NCBI GenBank assembly: GCA_963745835.1
Contig: CAVUZH010000005.1
Span: 96,001 to 160,000, forward strand
Length of the DNA stretch: 64,000 nt
Origin: an uncultured delta proteobacterium
GTDB taxonomy: Bacteria > Desulfobacterota > Binatia > UBA9968
Direction of reading: 5' to 3'
The notes beneath the pieces are model-generated. The model was not told the origin of the DNA. It made no database searches and saw only the letters and a list, made by a program, of their open reading frames with translations. A program made the translations under genes and the position numbers. Shown here in pieces: positions 1 to 10,587 of this stretch. The number at the start of each line of letters is the position of its first letter. Position 1 is the first letter of the stretch.

Positions 1-1538
1 CCGATGCAGGCAAGACGACCCTCACAGAAAAACTTTTATTGTACGGTGGCGCCGTAGAGACGGCGGGTGCCGTGCGCGCAGGTAGGAATCAGCGCCATGC
101 CACCTCGGACTGGATGGACTTAGAGCAGGAGCGAGGCATTTCGATTACTGCAAGCGCCCTGGAGATCGAGTACCAGGGATTCCGGCTCAACCTGTTAGAC
201 ACACCCGGGCACCAGGATTTCAGCGAAGATACTTACCGCACTCTCATGGTCGCCGATAGCGCAGTCATGGTGCTCGATAGCGCCAAAGGGATCGAAGCTC
301 AAACAGAGAAGCTTTTCCAGGTGTGCCGGATGCGCGGCATTCCGATCTTGACCTTTATCAACAAGCTGGATCATTTCGGGCGGGATCCTTTGGAACTGAT
401 GGACGAGATCGAGCGGGTTTTGGGAATCGCAACCGCGCCAATCAATTGGCCCATCGGCATGGGATCGACATTCCAAGGCGTATATGACCTGCAACATCGC
501 CGGGTTCTCCAGTTCGAAAGGACCGAGCGCGGGCAGTGGCGGGCCCCGGTCGCGGTCAGAAGCCTGGAAGACCCATCGCTCCCTGGGCTTTTGGGCGAAA
601 CGCTCAGTGGTGAGCTGCGTGAACACATCGCGCTTCTGACCGGAGCAGGCAACGCCTTTGACCGGCGGCGGTTTCTGGCAGGAGATCTCACACCTGTCTT
701 CTTTGGCAGCGCGCTCAATAATTTCGGTGTCGAACCGTTTCTGGATGCGCTCTTGAATCTAGCGCCTGAGCCCAGCGCGTTTGAGAAGAACGGAACTGTG
801 CTTCAGCCCAGAAACGAATCCTTCACCGGATTTGTTTTTAAGATCCAAGCTAACATGGATCCGCGGCATCGTGATCGGATGGCCTTTCTGCGCATTTTGT
901 CCGGTCGTTTTGAAAAAGATATGACGGCCTATCACTCCCGATTGCAACGGGAGGTGCGGCTGTCGCGAGCGTACCGGATCTTTGCCCGAGAACGGGAGCC
1001 GGTGCGGGAGGCGTTTGCCGGCGATATCATCGGCGTCATCAATCCGGGTCTATTCGTTATTGGCGACACAGTAACCACGGGAGAGCCAGCGGAGCTCATT
1101 GATATCCCGCGTTTTCCCCCGGAACACTTCGCAGTTCTCGTTAACCAAGAGATTGTTCGTTATAAGCAGTTCCACAAGGGATTGTCACAATTGGAGGAAG
1201 AGGGTGCGGTCCAGGTCCTGTATGCCGCAGGAGGTGCCCGCCGCGAGCCGATTCTCGCGGCTGTGGGAGCCCTACAGTTCGATGTCGTTTTGGCTCGCTT
1301 ACGGCAAGAGTATGGTGTTGAGGCCAGAATCGAGCGGCTGCCATTCACATGTGCTCGCTGGATCGAGGGCCAAAGCATAGAGCGAATGACTCTGGGCAGT
1401 GGCGTATTGCGCTGCCGCGATCGCAACGGCGAGACGGTGGTGCTTTTCGCGTCCGATTGGCATCTTGAATATTTTCGCAAAGAGAACCCGGATATTGAAA
1501 TTGTCACGGTGGGCTCGCCCTGGATGACCAAAAATTAA
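1..1538 (+). CDS. prfC: Peptide chain release factor 3 (5'-truncated by window edge)
   Basis: Frame opens at window start as DAGKTTLTEKLLLYGG; RGISIT, LLDTPGHQDFSEDTYR, NKLD, FFGSAL and FKIQANMDPRHRDR motifs typical of RF3. Confidence 0.97.
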   Translation, partial: DAGKTTLTEKLLLYGGAVETAGAVRAGRNQRHATSDWMDLEQERGISITASALEIEYQGFRLNLLDTPGHQDFSEDTYRTLMVADSAVMVLDSAKGIEAQTEKLFQVCRMRGIPILTFINKLDHFGRDPLELMDEIERVLGIATAPINWPIGMGSTFQGVYDLQHRRVLQFERTERGQWRAPVAVRSLEDPSLPGLLGETLSGELREHIALLTGAGNAFDRRRFLAGDLTPVFFGSALNNFGVEPFLDALLNLAPEPSAFEKNGTVLQPRNESFTGFVFKIQANMDPRHRDRMAFLRILSGRFEKDMTAYHSRLQREVRLSRAYRIFAREREPVREAFAGDIIGVINPGLFVIGDTVTTGEPAELIDIPRFPPEHFAVLVNQEIVRYKQFHKGLSQLEEEGAVQVLYAAGGARREPILAAVGALQFDVVLARLRQEYGVEARIERLPFTCARWIEGQSIERMTLGSGVLRCRDRNGETVVLFASDWHLEYFRKENPDIEIVTVGSPWMTKN

Positions 1539-1675
1539 AACACACCATTCGTAACGCGCCGGCTTCCTAACGATCCGCGCTTGGCGCCAGAACATCGTCT
1601 CGATAAATTAGCAGCCTTGATGAAAGCAAAATACCCTGCGGTTAAATCTGTCATGTAGGGCGAAAGTCGGGATCT

Positions 1676-3715
1676 GTGAAAGCTGGATTGAACTTCATAC
1701 TGGAAAAGCGGGCCAGTCGATCCAAAGCACGGGCGGCAAAGTTCTTCACTCTTCATGGCGAGGTCCAAACTCCGATCTTCATGCCTGTCGGAACCCAGGC
1801 AGCCGTCAAAGGCCAGACTCTCGACAATTTGAAGGCGGCTGGCGCGCGGGTGCTTCTGGTCAATACCTATCACTTGCTGCTTCGCCCGGGGGCTGATGTT
1901 CTGAAGAGCTTCGGCGGCATTCACAGCTTCATGAATTGGCATGGGCCGGTGCTCAGCGACTCCGGCGGTTTTCAGATCTTTTCTTTGCCGCGCTTAAGAG
2001 AGATCAACGAAGAAGGCGCTCGTTTTAAAAGTTACGTCGATGGACAGTCTTATCTCCTGTCGCCTGAATCGAGCATCGAGATGCAGAAAGCGATCGGCAG
2101 CGATATCATGATGGCGCTCGATGTGTGCATCCCTGCGACGGCGCCCTATGCTCAAGCTCAATCCGCGATGGAGATCACCCATGGTTGGGCCCGGCGTTCG
2201 CTGCGCGCCAGAGGCGATTCGGATCAAGCTCTGTTCGGAATCGTTCAGGGCGCCTGTCATGCCGAACTCAGGATCATCAGCGCCGAATTCTCAAGCAGCC
2301 TTCCCTTTGACGGACTGGCCATTGGAGGTTTGGCAGTAGGCGAAACTCATCGCGAGCGCTACGATGTGACGGCGCTGGTCACCGAACGACTGCCGGAGAA
2401 TCTCCCTCGTTATCTCATGGGAGTGGGGACGCCGATCGATATTCTCGAGAGCGTTCACCGCGGCGTCGATATGTTCGATTGTATCATTCCCTCTCAACTG
2501 GCGCGTCGCGGAGTGGCGTTCACGTCGCGAGGCAAGCTGCAGATGCGCCGGTCGGTGCACAAGTTTTCACAAGAACCGCTGGATACTCGGTGCGATTGCA
2601 GGAGCTGCCAACAGCATTCGCGCGGCTACATCCACCATCTCATCAAGTGCGACGAGGTTTTAGGGTGGCATCTTCTAGGCGTTCACAACATGACTTTCTA
2701 TCAGCGCCTGATGAGCGAAATGAGAAAGAGCATCTTGGCCGATGACTTTCTCTCTTATTACGAGACTAAACGATTCGAGTTAACGCGCGGCGACGAAGAC
2801 AATCCCGTAAGCCGCCCGCGAAAAAGCCCCAAGAGATCTCAGCCCACCCGCCTGGGCGATTATGAAATCCACACGTCCGCGCAGGGTTTCTCCAGCATAC
2901 GCCAGATCAGCTCGGGCGAGATCATGCACTCGGTGAATGCTCCGGATGACGAGGCCAATAGACTCTATGTGGAGCAGTCATGTCTTGCCGGCCGGTCACT
3001 GGAGCAGGAGAGCGAGAGAACCGAGCTGGTCATCTGGGATGTCGGCCTCGGCGCTGCGTTCAACGCCATGGCGGTGATTCACTGTTTTGAAAGTAGTTTG
3101 GCTAAGCCAGGCGCGCTGGTTAGGCGATTGCGTCTAGTCAGCTTCGAATGGGATTTCGATCCGCTCCTGCTTGCTCTGAGATACCCGAGCCGCTTTCCCC
3201 ATCTTCGACACGGCGCGCCTTACCATATTCTTGAAAACGGCAAATGGAAACATGATTCGAAACTGCTCCGGTGGGAGCTTCTCAAAGGCGACTTCAGGGA
3301 TTTCATCGAATCGGCGAAAGCTCCCGATTTTATTTTTTACGACCCGTTCTCATATAAGACAGACGACGCGCTTTGGACGTGGCAAATTTTTTCGCGGATG
3401 GTTAAACGTGCCGGGTCGAAATCCACGGAACTCTATACGTACTCAGCTTCGACTGCGGTTCGAGGAGCTCTCTTGGCAGCGGGCTTTTTTGTCGCGCAAG
3501 GCATCGGCATAGGGCCTAAGTCGGATACCACGATCGGTTTTACCAGCGTAAGCGGGTCGCAAGATCATCCGCTCTCTCCTCGACTGCTAGAGCAATCATG
3601 GCTCATGCGTTGGCGCCGAAGCGATGCGAAATTTCCTGCGACCATGGGAGAGCAAGAAAAGTCTCATTTCGAGAGACTCATTGAAACCCATCCGCAGTTT
3701 TCAGGGAAACTGTAG
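1676..3715 (+). CDS. tgt: tRNA-guanine transglycosylase fused to C-terminal MnmC-type SAM-dependent methyltransferase domain
   Basis: N-terminal ~375 aa: TPIFMPVGT, DSGGFQ, LDVC, GGLAVGE, MGVG, DMFDC, Zn site CDCRSC...H. C-terminal ~280 aa: GEIMHS, WDVGLGAAFN, FYDPFS...LWT, TYSASTAVRGALLAAGF resemble the MnmC methyltransferase domain. Confidence 0.92.
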   Translation: MKAGLNFILEKRASRSKARAAKFFTLHGEVQTPIFMPVGTQAAVKGQTLDNLKAAGARVLLVNTYHLLLRPGADVLKSFGGIHSFMNWHGPVLSDSGGFQIFSLPRLREINEEGARFKSYVDGQSYLLSPESSIEMQKAIGSDIMMALDVCIPATAPYAQAQSAMEITHGWARRSLRARGDSDQALFGIVQGACHAELRIISAEFSSSLPFDGLAIGGLAVGETHRERYDVTALVTERLPENLPRYLMGVGTPIDILESVHRGVDMFDCIIPSQLARRGVAFTSRGKLQMRRSVHKFSQEPLDTRCDCRSCQQHSRGYIHHLIKCDEVLGWHLLGVHNMTFYQRLMSEMRKSILADDFLSYYETKRFELTRGDEDNPVSRPRKSPKRSQPTRLGDYEIHTSAQGFSSIRQISSGEIMHSVNAPDDEANRLYVEQSCLAGRSLEQESERTELVIWDVGLGAAFNAMAVIHCFESSLAKPGALVRRLRLVSFEWDFDPLLLALRYPSRFPHLRHGAPYHILENGKWKHDSKLLRWELLKGDFRDFIESAKAPDFIFYDPFSYKTDDALWTWQIFSRMVKRAGSKSTELYTYSASTAVRGALLAAGFFVAQGIGIGPKSDTTIGFTSVSGSQDHPLSPRLLEQSWLMRWRRSDAKFPATMGEQEKSHFERLIETHPQFSGKL

Positions 3716-3835
3716 AATTAGATAGGCAACTTTCCGATATCGCACACAGAGCGGTCATTGATTCTTGAGCAAGGCGGAAGTCGTTGTTGTTGAACGGCCG
3801 CTCCCTGCGGGTTTCGAAGAACCGGCGTGTTCCTC

Positions 3836-4672
3836 TTATACCGCGATCATCTCGATCCGCTGGAGCTCTTCTTTGGAGAGCGCGAACTGCTCGGCTTGCA
3901 GGTCTTCTCTCATATGTTGTTCGTTCGTGGTTCCGGTCAACGGCAACATGCCAATCTGCATGGCGAACCGGAAGATGATCTGCGCGGCAGTGGCGCCTAA
4001 CCGTGTGGCGATTTGTTGAACTTGCGGAGCAGCGAGAACTTTTCTGTTGGCGGTCAACAGTGAAAAGCCTTGATAGATGATGCCGTGGCTTTGGCAGATC
4101 TCTCTGACGTCTTTATCCCATGCGAGCGCCGCATAGCAGCGGTTCTGCACCACCATCGGTTTATGATCCGCCTGTTCACATAACTCGGTGAGTTGCCCGG
4201 CCGTGATGTTGCTAATGCCGATCATTTTGGTTTTCCCCGATTGATAAAGCGCTTCCATCGCCGACCAGACCTCCCAATCCGCTTCTCCCAAACCCCGCCG
4301 CGAAAAAGGCGCGTGCAAAACGTAGGAGTCCACATAATCGGTGGCCAGGTGAGCCAATGAGCTGGCAAAGGACTGCTGAACCTGTGTGGTGAGATCGGCG
4401 CTGGGATCGTAAGGCGTCCGATGGTCCTGGCCCTCGGCTGGAGTAAACTTGGTCTGAAGAAAGAGGCTGTTCCGCTTAGTGCCCTGCTGCTGCAGCGACT
4501 TCAGCGCTTCACCTACTAGAGCTTCCTGATAATGGATTAATTGATTGGCGGTATCGATGGCTTTGAAGCCGGCTGCTACGGCCATTATCACCAATTCGGA
4601 AGTGGCCTCTTTTTTCCATGCCGTACCATACATAAGAGAGGGCACGGCCACATTATTATAAGCGCGCAACAT
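3836..4672 (-). CDS. Aldo/keto reductase
   Basis: YGTAW, GFKAIDTA...Y, LFLQTK, DSYVLHAP, IGISN AKR motifs. Confidence 0.9.
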   Translation of the reverse strand: MLRAYNNVAVPSLMYGTAWKKEATSELVIMAVAAGFKAIDTANQLIHYQEALVGEALKSLQQQGTKRNSLFLQTKFTPAEGQDHRTPYDPSADLTTQVQQSFASSLAHLATDYVDSYVLHAPFSRRGLGEADWEVWSAMEALYQSGKTKMIGISNITAGQLTELCEQADHKPMVVQNRCYAALAWDKDVREICQSHGIIYQGFSLLTANRKVLAAPQVQQIATRLGATAAQIIFRFAMQIGMLPLTGTTNEQHMREDLQAEQFALSKEELQRIEMIAV

Positions 4673-4811
4673 GATTTTCTCCCTGCCGCGGTTAATCAGT
4701 TTCTACCAAAAGGTGCGCTCGAAATCGACGTGCTGACTCGAAACTCACTTGAATGCCCAGTACCATTTCAACCGCAGAAGAAAACCGTCCTTCGTTGAGG
4801 AGCTAGGCTGG

Positions 4812-5807
4812 TTAACGACGGCCATAGAGTTTGTCGATGAAGCCGCTGCTTCGAAGTTGATCGACGAAGCGCAAGTCGACAAAATCTTCGGCTTTGGCCT
4901 TTGCCGCCTTGGGATCCCATGAGGATTGCACTTCCAGTGTGTTTCTCAGTCCCTCCACGGTCGGGTAGGTATCCTCGACAAAAAGCTGGCTGTATGCCGA
5001 ATAAGCCCCTTCAAGAATGGCGCGACTAGGCCCACGGGTGTATTTGCTCATGATTTTGATGGATTCTTCCTTGTTCATTTTAAAGAAGTGAACCCCCGCT
5101 GCAATCGCCTCGACCATACGCTGGACCGCATTGGGTTGCTCGCGAATCATCTGCCTGCTCGTAACCGTGCAAGTATAAAGAAACGGCACTTTGAGCGCTG
5201 CCATGTCGATGACGACCTTGAGGCCGTTACGTTCTCCTTGGATTTTCTCGGCATCGCTAACGATGGTGAAGTCGGTCTGCCCCGCGATCACCGAAGCGAT
5301 GCGCGCCGGACCGCCGCCGACGGTGATCGCCTTGATTTGATTATAGGGAATGCCAACCTGTTTGAGCGCGAGACGCAGGGCAAAATCCGCCGCGGTTCCC
5401 GGAATATGCACCGCCGCCGTTCTGCCTTTTAACTCCTCCCGTGATTTGATGTTGGTTTTGCCGACGACGTAGTAAGGTAAAGTGTTGACCACCCCATTGA
5501 CGATTGCGATGTCGCCGCCGGCGATTCTGCCGTTAATCGCCGAAGTTCCTACTGCTTCGGTAAAACTCAAATCACCCGCCAAAAGGCTCTGGATGCCCCG
5601 GGTGCTGCCGTCGATGAAGACCAGGTCGATATCCAAGCCGTATTTTTTGAACAGTCCTGCTTCCTTGGCGATCCAGGCCGGCACGGACGAGCTCGGAGAG
5701 TCGGAGATGTAAGCTGACAGCAGCTTGCTCTGCGCCGGCGCGCTTGTTCCAACGATTACTGAAAGACAAAAGAATAAAATCAAGCCGCCAACAGAAGCAA
5801 TTTTCAT
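4812..5807 (-). CDS. ABC transporter substrate-binding protein (NMT1/SsuA/TauA-like)
   Basis: Signal peptide; WIAKEAGLFKKYGLD, ELKGRTAAV..PG and FVDLRF pattern of class II binding proteins. Confidence 0.88.
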   Translation of the reverse strand: MKIASVGGLILFFCLSVIVGTSAPAQSKLLSAYISDSPSSSVPAWIAKEAGLFKKYGLDIDLVFIDGSTRGIQSLLAGDLSFTEAVGTSAINGRIAGGDIAIVNGVVNTLPYYVVGKTNIKSREELKGRTAAVHIPGTAADFALRLALKQVGIPYNQIKAITVGGGPARIASVIAGQTDFTIVSDAEKIQGERNGLKVVIDMAALKVPFLYTCTVTSRQMIREQPNAVQRMVEAIAAGVHFFKMNKEESIKIMSKYTRGPSRAILEGAYSAYSQLFVEDTYPTVEGLRNTLEVQSSWDPKAAKAKAEDFVDLRFVDQLRSSGFIDKLYGRR

Positions 5808-6002
5808 AGTGTCCTCAACTGCAAATGATGACTAAGCCCGATCGTCAACGATCTTTATTGCGCATTCGCCAGGGCCCGTCCAATGAGACGTTCCTTTAAG
5901 CCACACAATTAGTGAGGAGCATGAATAGCTGCTGCAATATATCAAGCAGGCATACCATCATGCTTGGTCTTCGAGCGGCGGTCATTTGTCGTGCAACTCT
6001 AC

Positions 6003-7091
6003 TCAGCCAGCGTGTCTGGATAGAGCGGGCATAACCTGGCCGGCAAGGAGTTTGATAGATTCCTCGTAATCCGGGCCGAGCTTGGCAAAAGCAACCTGAT
6101 CGTAACCAAGCCTTCCCGCGGCTCCGACCAACTCGATAATCTGATCCCTGACTTCTTCCGGCCTGCCCGCAGCGTAATAGGTCTTGACCATATGTTCGGT
6201 GACCAGCTCAGAAGCTTCCTCCACGGTGGCTCCCGTTTCGAACGCTCTTTTAAGGCTAAGTACTTGCTCCCGGGTCACGCCCATTTTGCCATACTCATCG
6301 GCGGTGAAACCCAAAGCCTCCCATTGTAGAATTGAATGAGCCACCTGGCGCTTGGGAAACTCGATCGCTTTAACCCGGTTGCTGGAGATCGACACGTTAA
6401 GTTCACATACTTTGCGCAATCGTTTTGCGGGGTCGATTTCCTGTGCGGCATGATCCGCGGCGGCGAGCATGCCGGGGAGCCGTCCAGCCTTGAGCATCGG
6501 AATATACGTTCCCGAGCTGATTAATCCGTCCATGATGCGGCCGCACATTCGCAGCGCCTGCGGGCCATTGCCGCCGCCGTAAAACTTAAAACGCGATCGC
6601 GGTTTGAAAGCGAGGCGAAACCTTCCGCTCGGATTAAGATGGTAAAATTCTTGAAGGAATGGGTAGTCAGCATAGTTCAACTCCTGACCGCTCAATGCCT
6701 GCCGCAGCAGCTGAACTGTTTCGCTGACCATGGCAACAGGCCGAAGAGGCTGAACGTGCTGGGGGGACTGTCCGAGGTCGCCCCTGGCTATCCCCACGCT
6801 TATCTCCCGATCTTCGCACAGCTCGGAAAGAGCGCCGAGCGAGTCGGCGACATCCAAGGGGTTATGAAAGTACGGCACCATGATCGCGGTGCCGAGGCGG
6901 ATCGGTACCTGTGAGGCAATCGCCGTGAGCACGACAATCTGACCGCGGTAACGAATATTATCGTTGACCCAGATCTGCTGAAAACCGTTGTCGGCGGCGA
7001 GATGAGCCAGTCGAACCAAATCTCGAACCGTATATTGATTAGCTAGATGAGTGACAAATTGCAGCCCGAGCTCTCCATTGAAAATTGCCAT
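6003..7091 (-). CDS. LLM-class (luciferase-like) flavin/F420-dependent oxidoreductase
   Basis: GFQQIWVND, IRLGTAI, SVGIARG, GPQALRMCGRIMDG, AGRPEEV motifs; start placed at ATG 7091 after a GGAG element. Confidence 0.85.
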   Translation of the reverse strand: MAIFNGELGLQFVTHLANQYTVRDLVRLAHLAADNGFQQIWVNDNIRYRGQIVVLTAIASQVPIRLGTAIMVPYFHNPLDVADSLGALSELCEDREISVGIARGDLGQSPQHVQPLRPVAMVSETVQLLRQALSGQELNYADYPFLQEFYHLNPSGRFRLAFKPRSRFKFYGGGNGPQALRMCGRIMDGLISSGTYIPMLKAGRLPGMLAAADHAAQEIDPAKRLRKVCELNVSISSNRVKAIEFPKRQVAHSILQWEALGFTADEYGKMGVTREQVLSLKRAFETGATVEEASELVTEHMVKTYYAAGRPEEVRDQIIELVGAAGRLGYDQVAFAKLGPDYEESIKLLAGQVMPALSRHAG

Positions 7092-7352
7092 GTCTCTACT
7101 CCGCCGTTTACTGCATCTATGACATGCTCGTGCTGTGTGCGGCAAGCAGATTCAGAATGACCAAGTTTGCATAAAATTGTGATCGAGCAAACTCGCAGAG
7201 TTTTTCGGGTCGAGGTCTGAAAAGGCAGGACCGGATTTACCCGACCGATCGCCTTACGGTGCGTGAGATATGAAAGGTAAGAGCGCTACACTCTATCCGA
7301 AACCAGAGCATTCATCCGCTCTCAAACCGGTGAACCGGCTAGGGTTTAGCGC

Positions 7353-7586
7353 TTATCTTTCTTCGAAAAGATCCGGTTTGCCATCATCGATCCACTTCAT
7401 GGCGAAATCGTATCCCCGTGATATGGCATCGTCTGCCGTGTCGAAGCGGCCGCCATAATCAGTAAACGTCTTTACTCCCGCGTCAGCGCCCTGCTTCGAA
7501 ACCACCCATGTAAATGTCCACTGATGCGTGTGCGGAACGCGTAAGGCGCTCACTCGAATAACGTGTCCGTTGTAATGGGCTTCCAT
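7353..7586 (-). CDS. Small hypothetical protein (KWIDDGKPDL family, copy 1)
   Basis: GGGGAGAG RBS before ATG 7586; C-terminus FDTADDAISRGYDFAMKWIDDGKPDL matches the paralog at 34787-35020. Confidence 0.7.
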   Translation of the reverse strand: MEAHYNGHVIRVSALRVPHTHQWTFTWVVSKQGADAGVKTFTDYGGRFDTADDAISRGYDFAMKWIDDGKPDLFEER

Positions 7587-8007
7587 TGCTCTCCCCAATT
7601 TTCAAAATCGGCTTACAACGTTCTCGTTAGATTTCTATAAAGTCTAGCACTCAGGGCCAGGAGAAAAAGATAGGCGCCACACATTGATAAAACGGTGGGG
7701 TTTTAGCCTAAGGCGAGTTGCCGCCGATCATCTGTCCGTCAGAACGAGGCGGTTGCTTGTCCCAAATCCGAGTCTGAAAGAGCCGCAAAACTCCAGGTGT
7801 GATACAAGACGGCAAGCGTCACCTGAACAAGAGAAATCCATCGTTTAACTGCCTCAGGCTAGGCGCTGTGAACCTGGCTTCGCTCCAGTGCGCATCTGCT
7901 AGCCTGGTGCGCTTAATCGACTACAGCTGCAAGACGATTCGCTCATTAGCATTGCTCGCTCCGTGTACGACAAAATTAGATGCGATTCGGAGACATCTGT
8001 TTTCTCT

Positions 8008-8023
8008 TGGCATCTCGCTTGCT
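8008..8023 (+). promoter_or_regulatory. Sigma54 -24/-12 promoter candidate upstream of hemerythrin gene
   Basis: TGGCAT-CTCGC-TTGCT matches TGGCAC-N5-TTGCW; 140 nt upstream of ATG 8163. Confidence 0.65.
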
Positions 8024-8162
8024 GCGCTAGACTTTCATCACGATGCGCTGGACGCCCTGAAAAATTTACCGCCTCAGCAAAACAAACTGCTTTTAACGGA
8101 ACGCATTTAGCCGTCAATTGGGAAACGTACTAACTGTGCTCGAGCGAGTTCAAGGAGGTTTG

Positions 8163-8597
8163 ATGGATGCATTAGAACTTTTGAAACAGGATCACGCGAG
8201 AGTAAAAAAATTATTCGACAAAGCTGAAAGCGCTGATGACCGGGAGCAGAAACGCATTTTCAGTCAAATCAAAAGTGAGTTGGAGATGCATGCCCATCTC
8301 GAAGAGAACATTTTCTATCCTGCCATGCAGAGATACGATGAACTAAAAGAGATGATCGTCGAGTCGCTCAAAGAACACAATAATATGAAAACGCTCCTCC
8401 AGAAGATGGCTACTCTCTCCGATCCTCAAGATTTCGAAGACAAGCTTGAGGAGCTGATCGATAACGTCGAACATCACGCCGAAGATGAAGAAGAGGCAAA
8501 GATGTTCCCGAAGGTCCGTGAGCTTGTCAGTATCAACGAACTGCAGAAACTAGGATCTCAACTCCAGGCAGCCAAAGGCCAGCGTAAAGCGAGCTGA
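8163..8597 (+). CDS. Hemerythrin/HHE cation-binding domain protein
   Basis: AAGGAGG RBS; MDALELLKQDH, HAHLEENIFYPA, EH, HHAEDEE..MFP motifs. Confidence 0.9.
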   Translation: MDALELLKQDHARVKKLFDKAESADDREQKRIFSQIKSELEMHAHLEENIFYPAMQRYDELKEMIVESLKEHNNMKTLLQKMATLSDPQDFEDKLEELIDNVEHHAEDEEEAKMFPKVRELVSINELQKLGSQLQAAKGQRKAS

Positions 8598-8661
8598 GCA
8601 GTCTGAGGGCAACAGATTGATTCCGGCGCGGGGATGTGAGTTGTAATAGACTGTGATGACT

Positions 8662-10023
8662 TTAACCGCGGGCGGGAAATTCGATTTTGAAAGTCGTTCC
8701 GGCTCCCTCTTCGCTTTCGACAGTGATGGCGCCGTTATGATCGTCGAGAATAGTTTTTACGATAAACAATCCGAGGCCAGTGCCCTCGGTATTGGCCGAG
8801 CCTTCGAGACGCTTGAACTCCCGAAACAGATTAGGCAACTCTCGTTTAGGAATTCCGATGCCGCTATCCTTGATGCTCAGCGAAATCTTGCCTGCGATCA
8901 TCCGCGAAGTTAGAGCGATGGCGCCTCCCGGCGGCGTGTATTTGATGGCGTTGTCGATCAGATTCCAAAGCACCCTCTCTAACTGATTCTGATCGCCATG
9001 ACAGGGCTTTAGATCATCCGCAAGTTCCACTCGAACATCCAGATCTTTCTTACGGAGGGCGACGGTTTGCTGCCGTATGACGTCTCTCAGTATGGGATTG
9101 ATCTCGACCGCAGTCTTACTGGCTTCCGCCTTGGGTGTCACTAGTTCAGACACGTTCAAAAAGCCGATGACCAGGTTTACTATACGATCGATGTTTTCGC
9201 GGATGCATTTGAGCGACAGAGTTTGCTCAGCCGGGTTGGGTTGTCCGCCGAAGGAGCCGGCGAGCAATTCGGCATGGCCGAGAATGACCGAAAGCGGCGC
9301 TTTAACATCATGCGCAAGGGCACACACCACCTGACGTTTGAATTCTTCGGTTTGTTTTAGCTGTTCGATCCGTCGCTTATCTCGTTTCACCTCATTGGTG
9401 AGATGGCCGTACAGAACCGATATGCCGAGCATGAAAGGAACTCGCAGTAGCAGGTCCGAGTTGATAGCCGAGATATCGATTTGCTGCGAGCTAATGAAGA
9501 TCAGAAAGACGGCACTTAACAATGTGCAACCAACCACAATATGGATCAGATTTTCCCCGGTTGCGGCGATGAACACGCAAAAGAAAAAGAGCGCCAGCAA
9601 GTCCCACGGCGCGCTCTGAGTCAATCCGATGGCAGCAAGAATGAGGATCGAGTCAAACGTTAGAAGTTTCGCCTCAATGTTGTTCCCTGCAAAGATCTTG
9701 AGCGGCAGTCGCTGCAGTGCCGCGGCTGAGATAATGCAAAGAACTATTAGCGCCAAGGGCAGCGGAGCGCCGAGACTCCACGCTTGACTGGATAAGATTA
9801 AATAGGATGTACCGACCGCAACAAACCACTGGAGTGCGATAAGCGCATTGCGGTTTTCTGCCGGCGTAGTCTTTGTGTCCTTGCAGGTCAAATCATTCCT
9901 GAAAAGACCTATGATCTGATCGGCAAGGTCGGCTAGTGAGTCTCTTCGTGCGATGTCAGACATTTTACTATTTTGCGAGCCCAATCCGAGTCTCAGCCAA
10001 GTCAGTTTGAGCATTTCAACCAT
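8662..10023 (-). CDS. Membrane-bound sensor histidine kinase (start uncertain)
   Basis: Several N-terminal TM helices; H-box AHDVKAPL, N-box NLIDNAIKY, G1 DSGIG, G2 GTGLGL. Confidence 0.9.
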   Translation of the reverse strand: MVEMLKLTWLRLGLGSQNSKMSDIARRDSLADLADQIIGLFRNDLTCKDTKTTPAENRNALIALQWFVAVGTSYLILSSQAWSLGAPLPLALIVLCIISAAALQRLPLKIFAGNNIEAKLLTFDSILILAAIGLTQSAPWDLLALFFFCVFIAATGENLIHIVVGCTLLSAVFLIFISSQQIDISAINSDLLLRVPFMLGISVLYGHLTNEVKRDKRRIEQLKQTEEFKRQVVCALAHDVKAPLSVILGHAELLAGSFGGQPNPAEQTLSLKCIRENIDRIVNLVIGFLNVSELVTPKAEASKTAVEINPILRDVIRQQTVALRKKDLDVRVELADDLKPCHGDQNQLERVLWNLIDNAIKYTPPGGAIALTSRMIAGKISLSIKDSGIGIPKRELPNLFREFKRLEGSANTEGTGLGLFIVKTILDDHNGAITVESEEGAGTTFKIEFPARG

Positions 10024-10098
10024 TGAGCCACCAGGAATCTGCGGTCGGCGCTGGCTTCAAAGCGGGTTAGATCAATGATGGATCGTCGATACCTGGCG

Positions 10099-10114
10099 AG
10101 CAACCGATGTGCCA
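10099..10114 (-). promoter_or_regulatory. Sigma54 -24/-12 promoter candidate upstream of histidine kinase
   Basis: Minus strand reads TGGCAC-ATCGG-TTGCT, a perfect consensus match. Confidence 0.75.
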
Positions 10115-10587
10115 GAATGCAAGTTACAGTGTGTTCAATGACTTACGTTCAAGAAAACCAGCTCATTTGTGACAAAATGGTTAATACTCGGAAAAGACGG
10201 CCAAAACTGAGCCTTCAGCTCAGGATGAGTAAAGTCGCAGAGGAAGTCGCAGCTCATCGAAATCTGTGTTCTTGTCTTGCTGAACCCACAAGTGCTGGGG
10301 GGAGATTTCGTTGAGTCGCCTTGTGGCGAGACATTATTGATGAAAACACCGGCACACCCGGACCCAACAGTAATCGAAATGAACTTTATTTATGAGTCGA
10401 AAAGACGACAGCGATACGACGACGCTTGCAGCGAACAGACTAGCCCCGCTTATGAGCTGGCCAGAATTCTTTTAAGGGCAAGTCGGATGATGGTGCTCGG
10501 ATCGGATCAAAGCCCAGTTGTGAAATTACAATACTCGGTGGCGGGTTGACCCCTTATAATGACTATTATGATCAATGAATGATTGGA

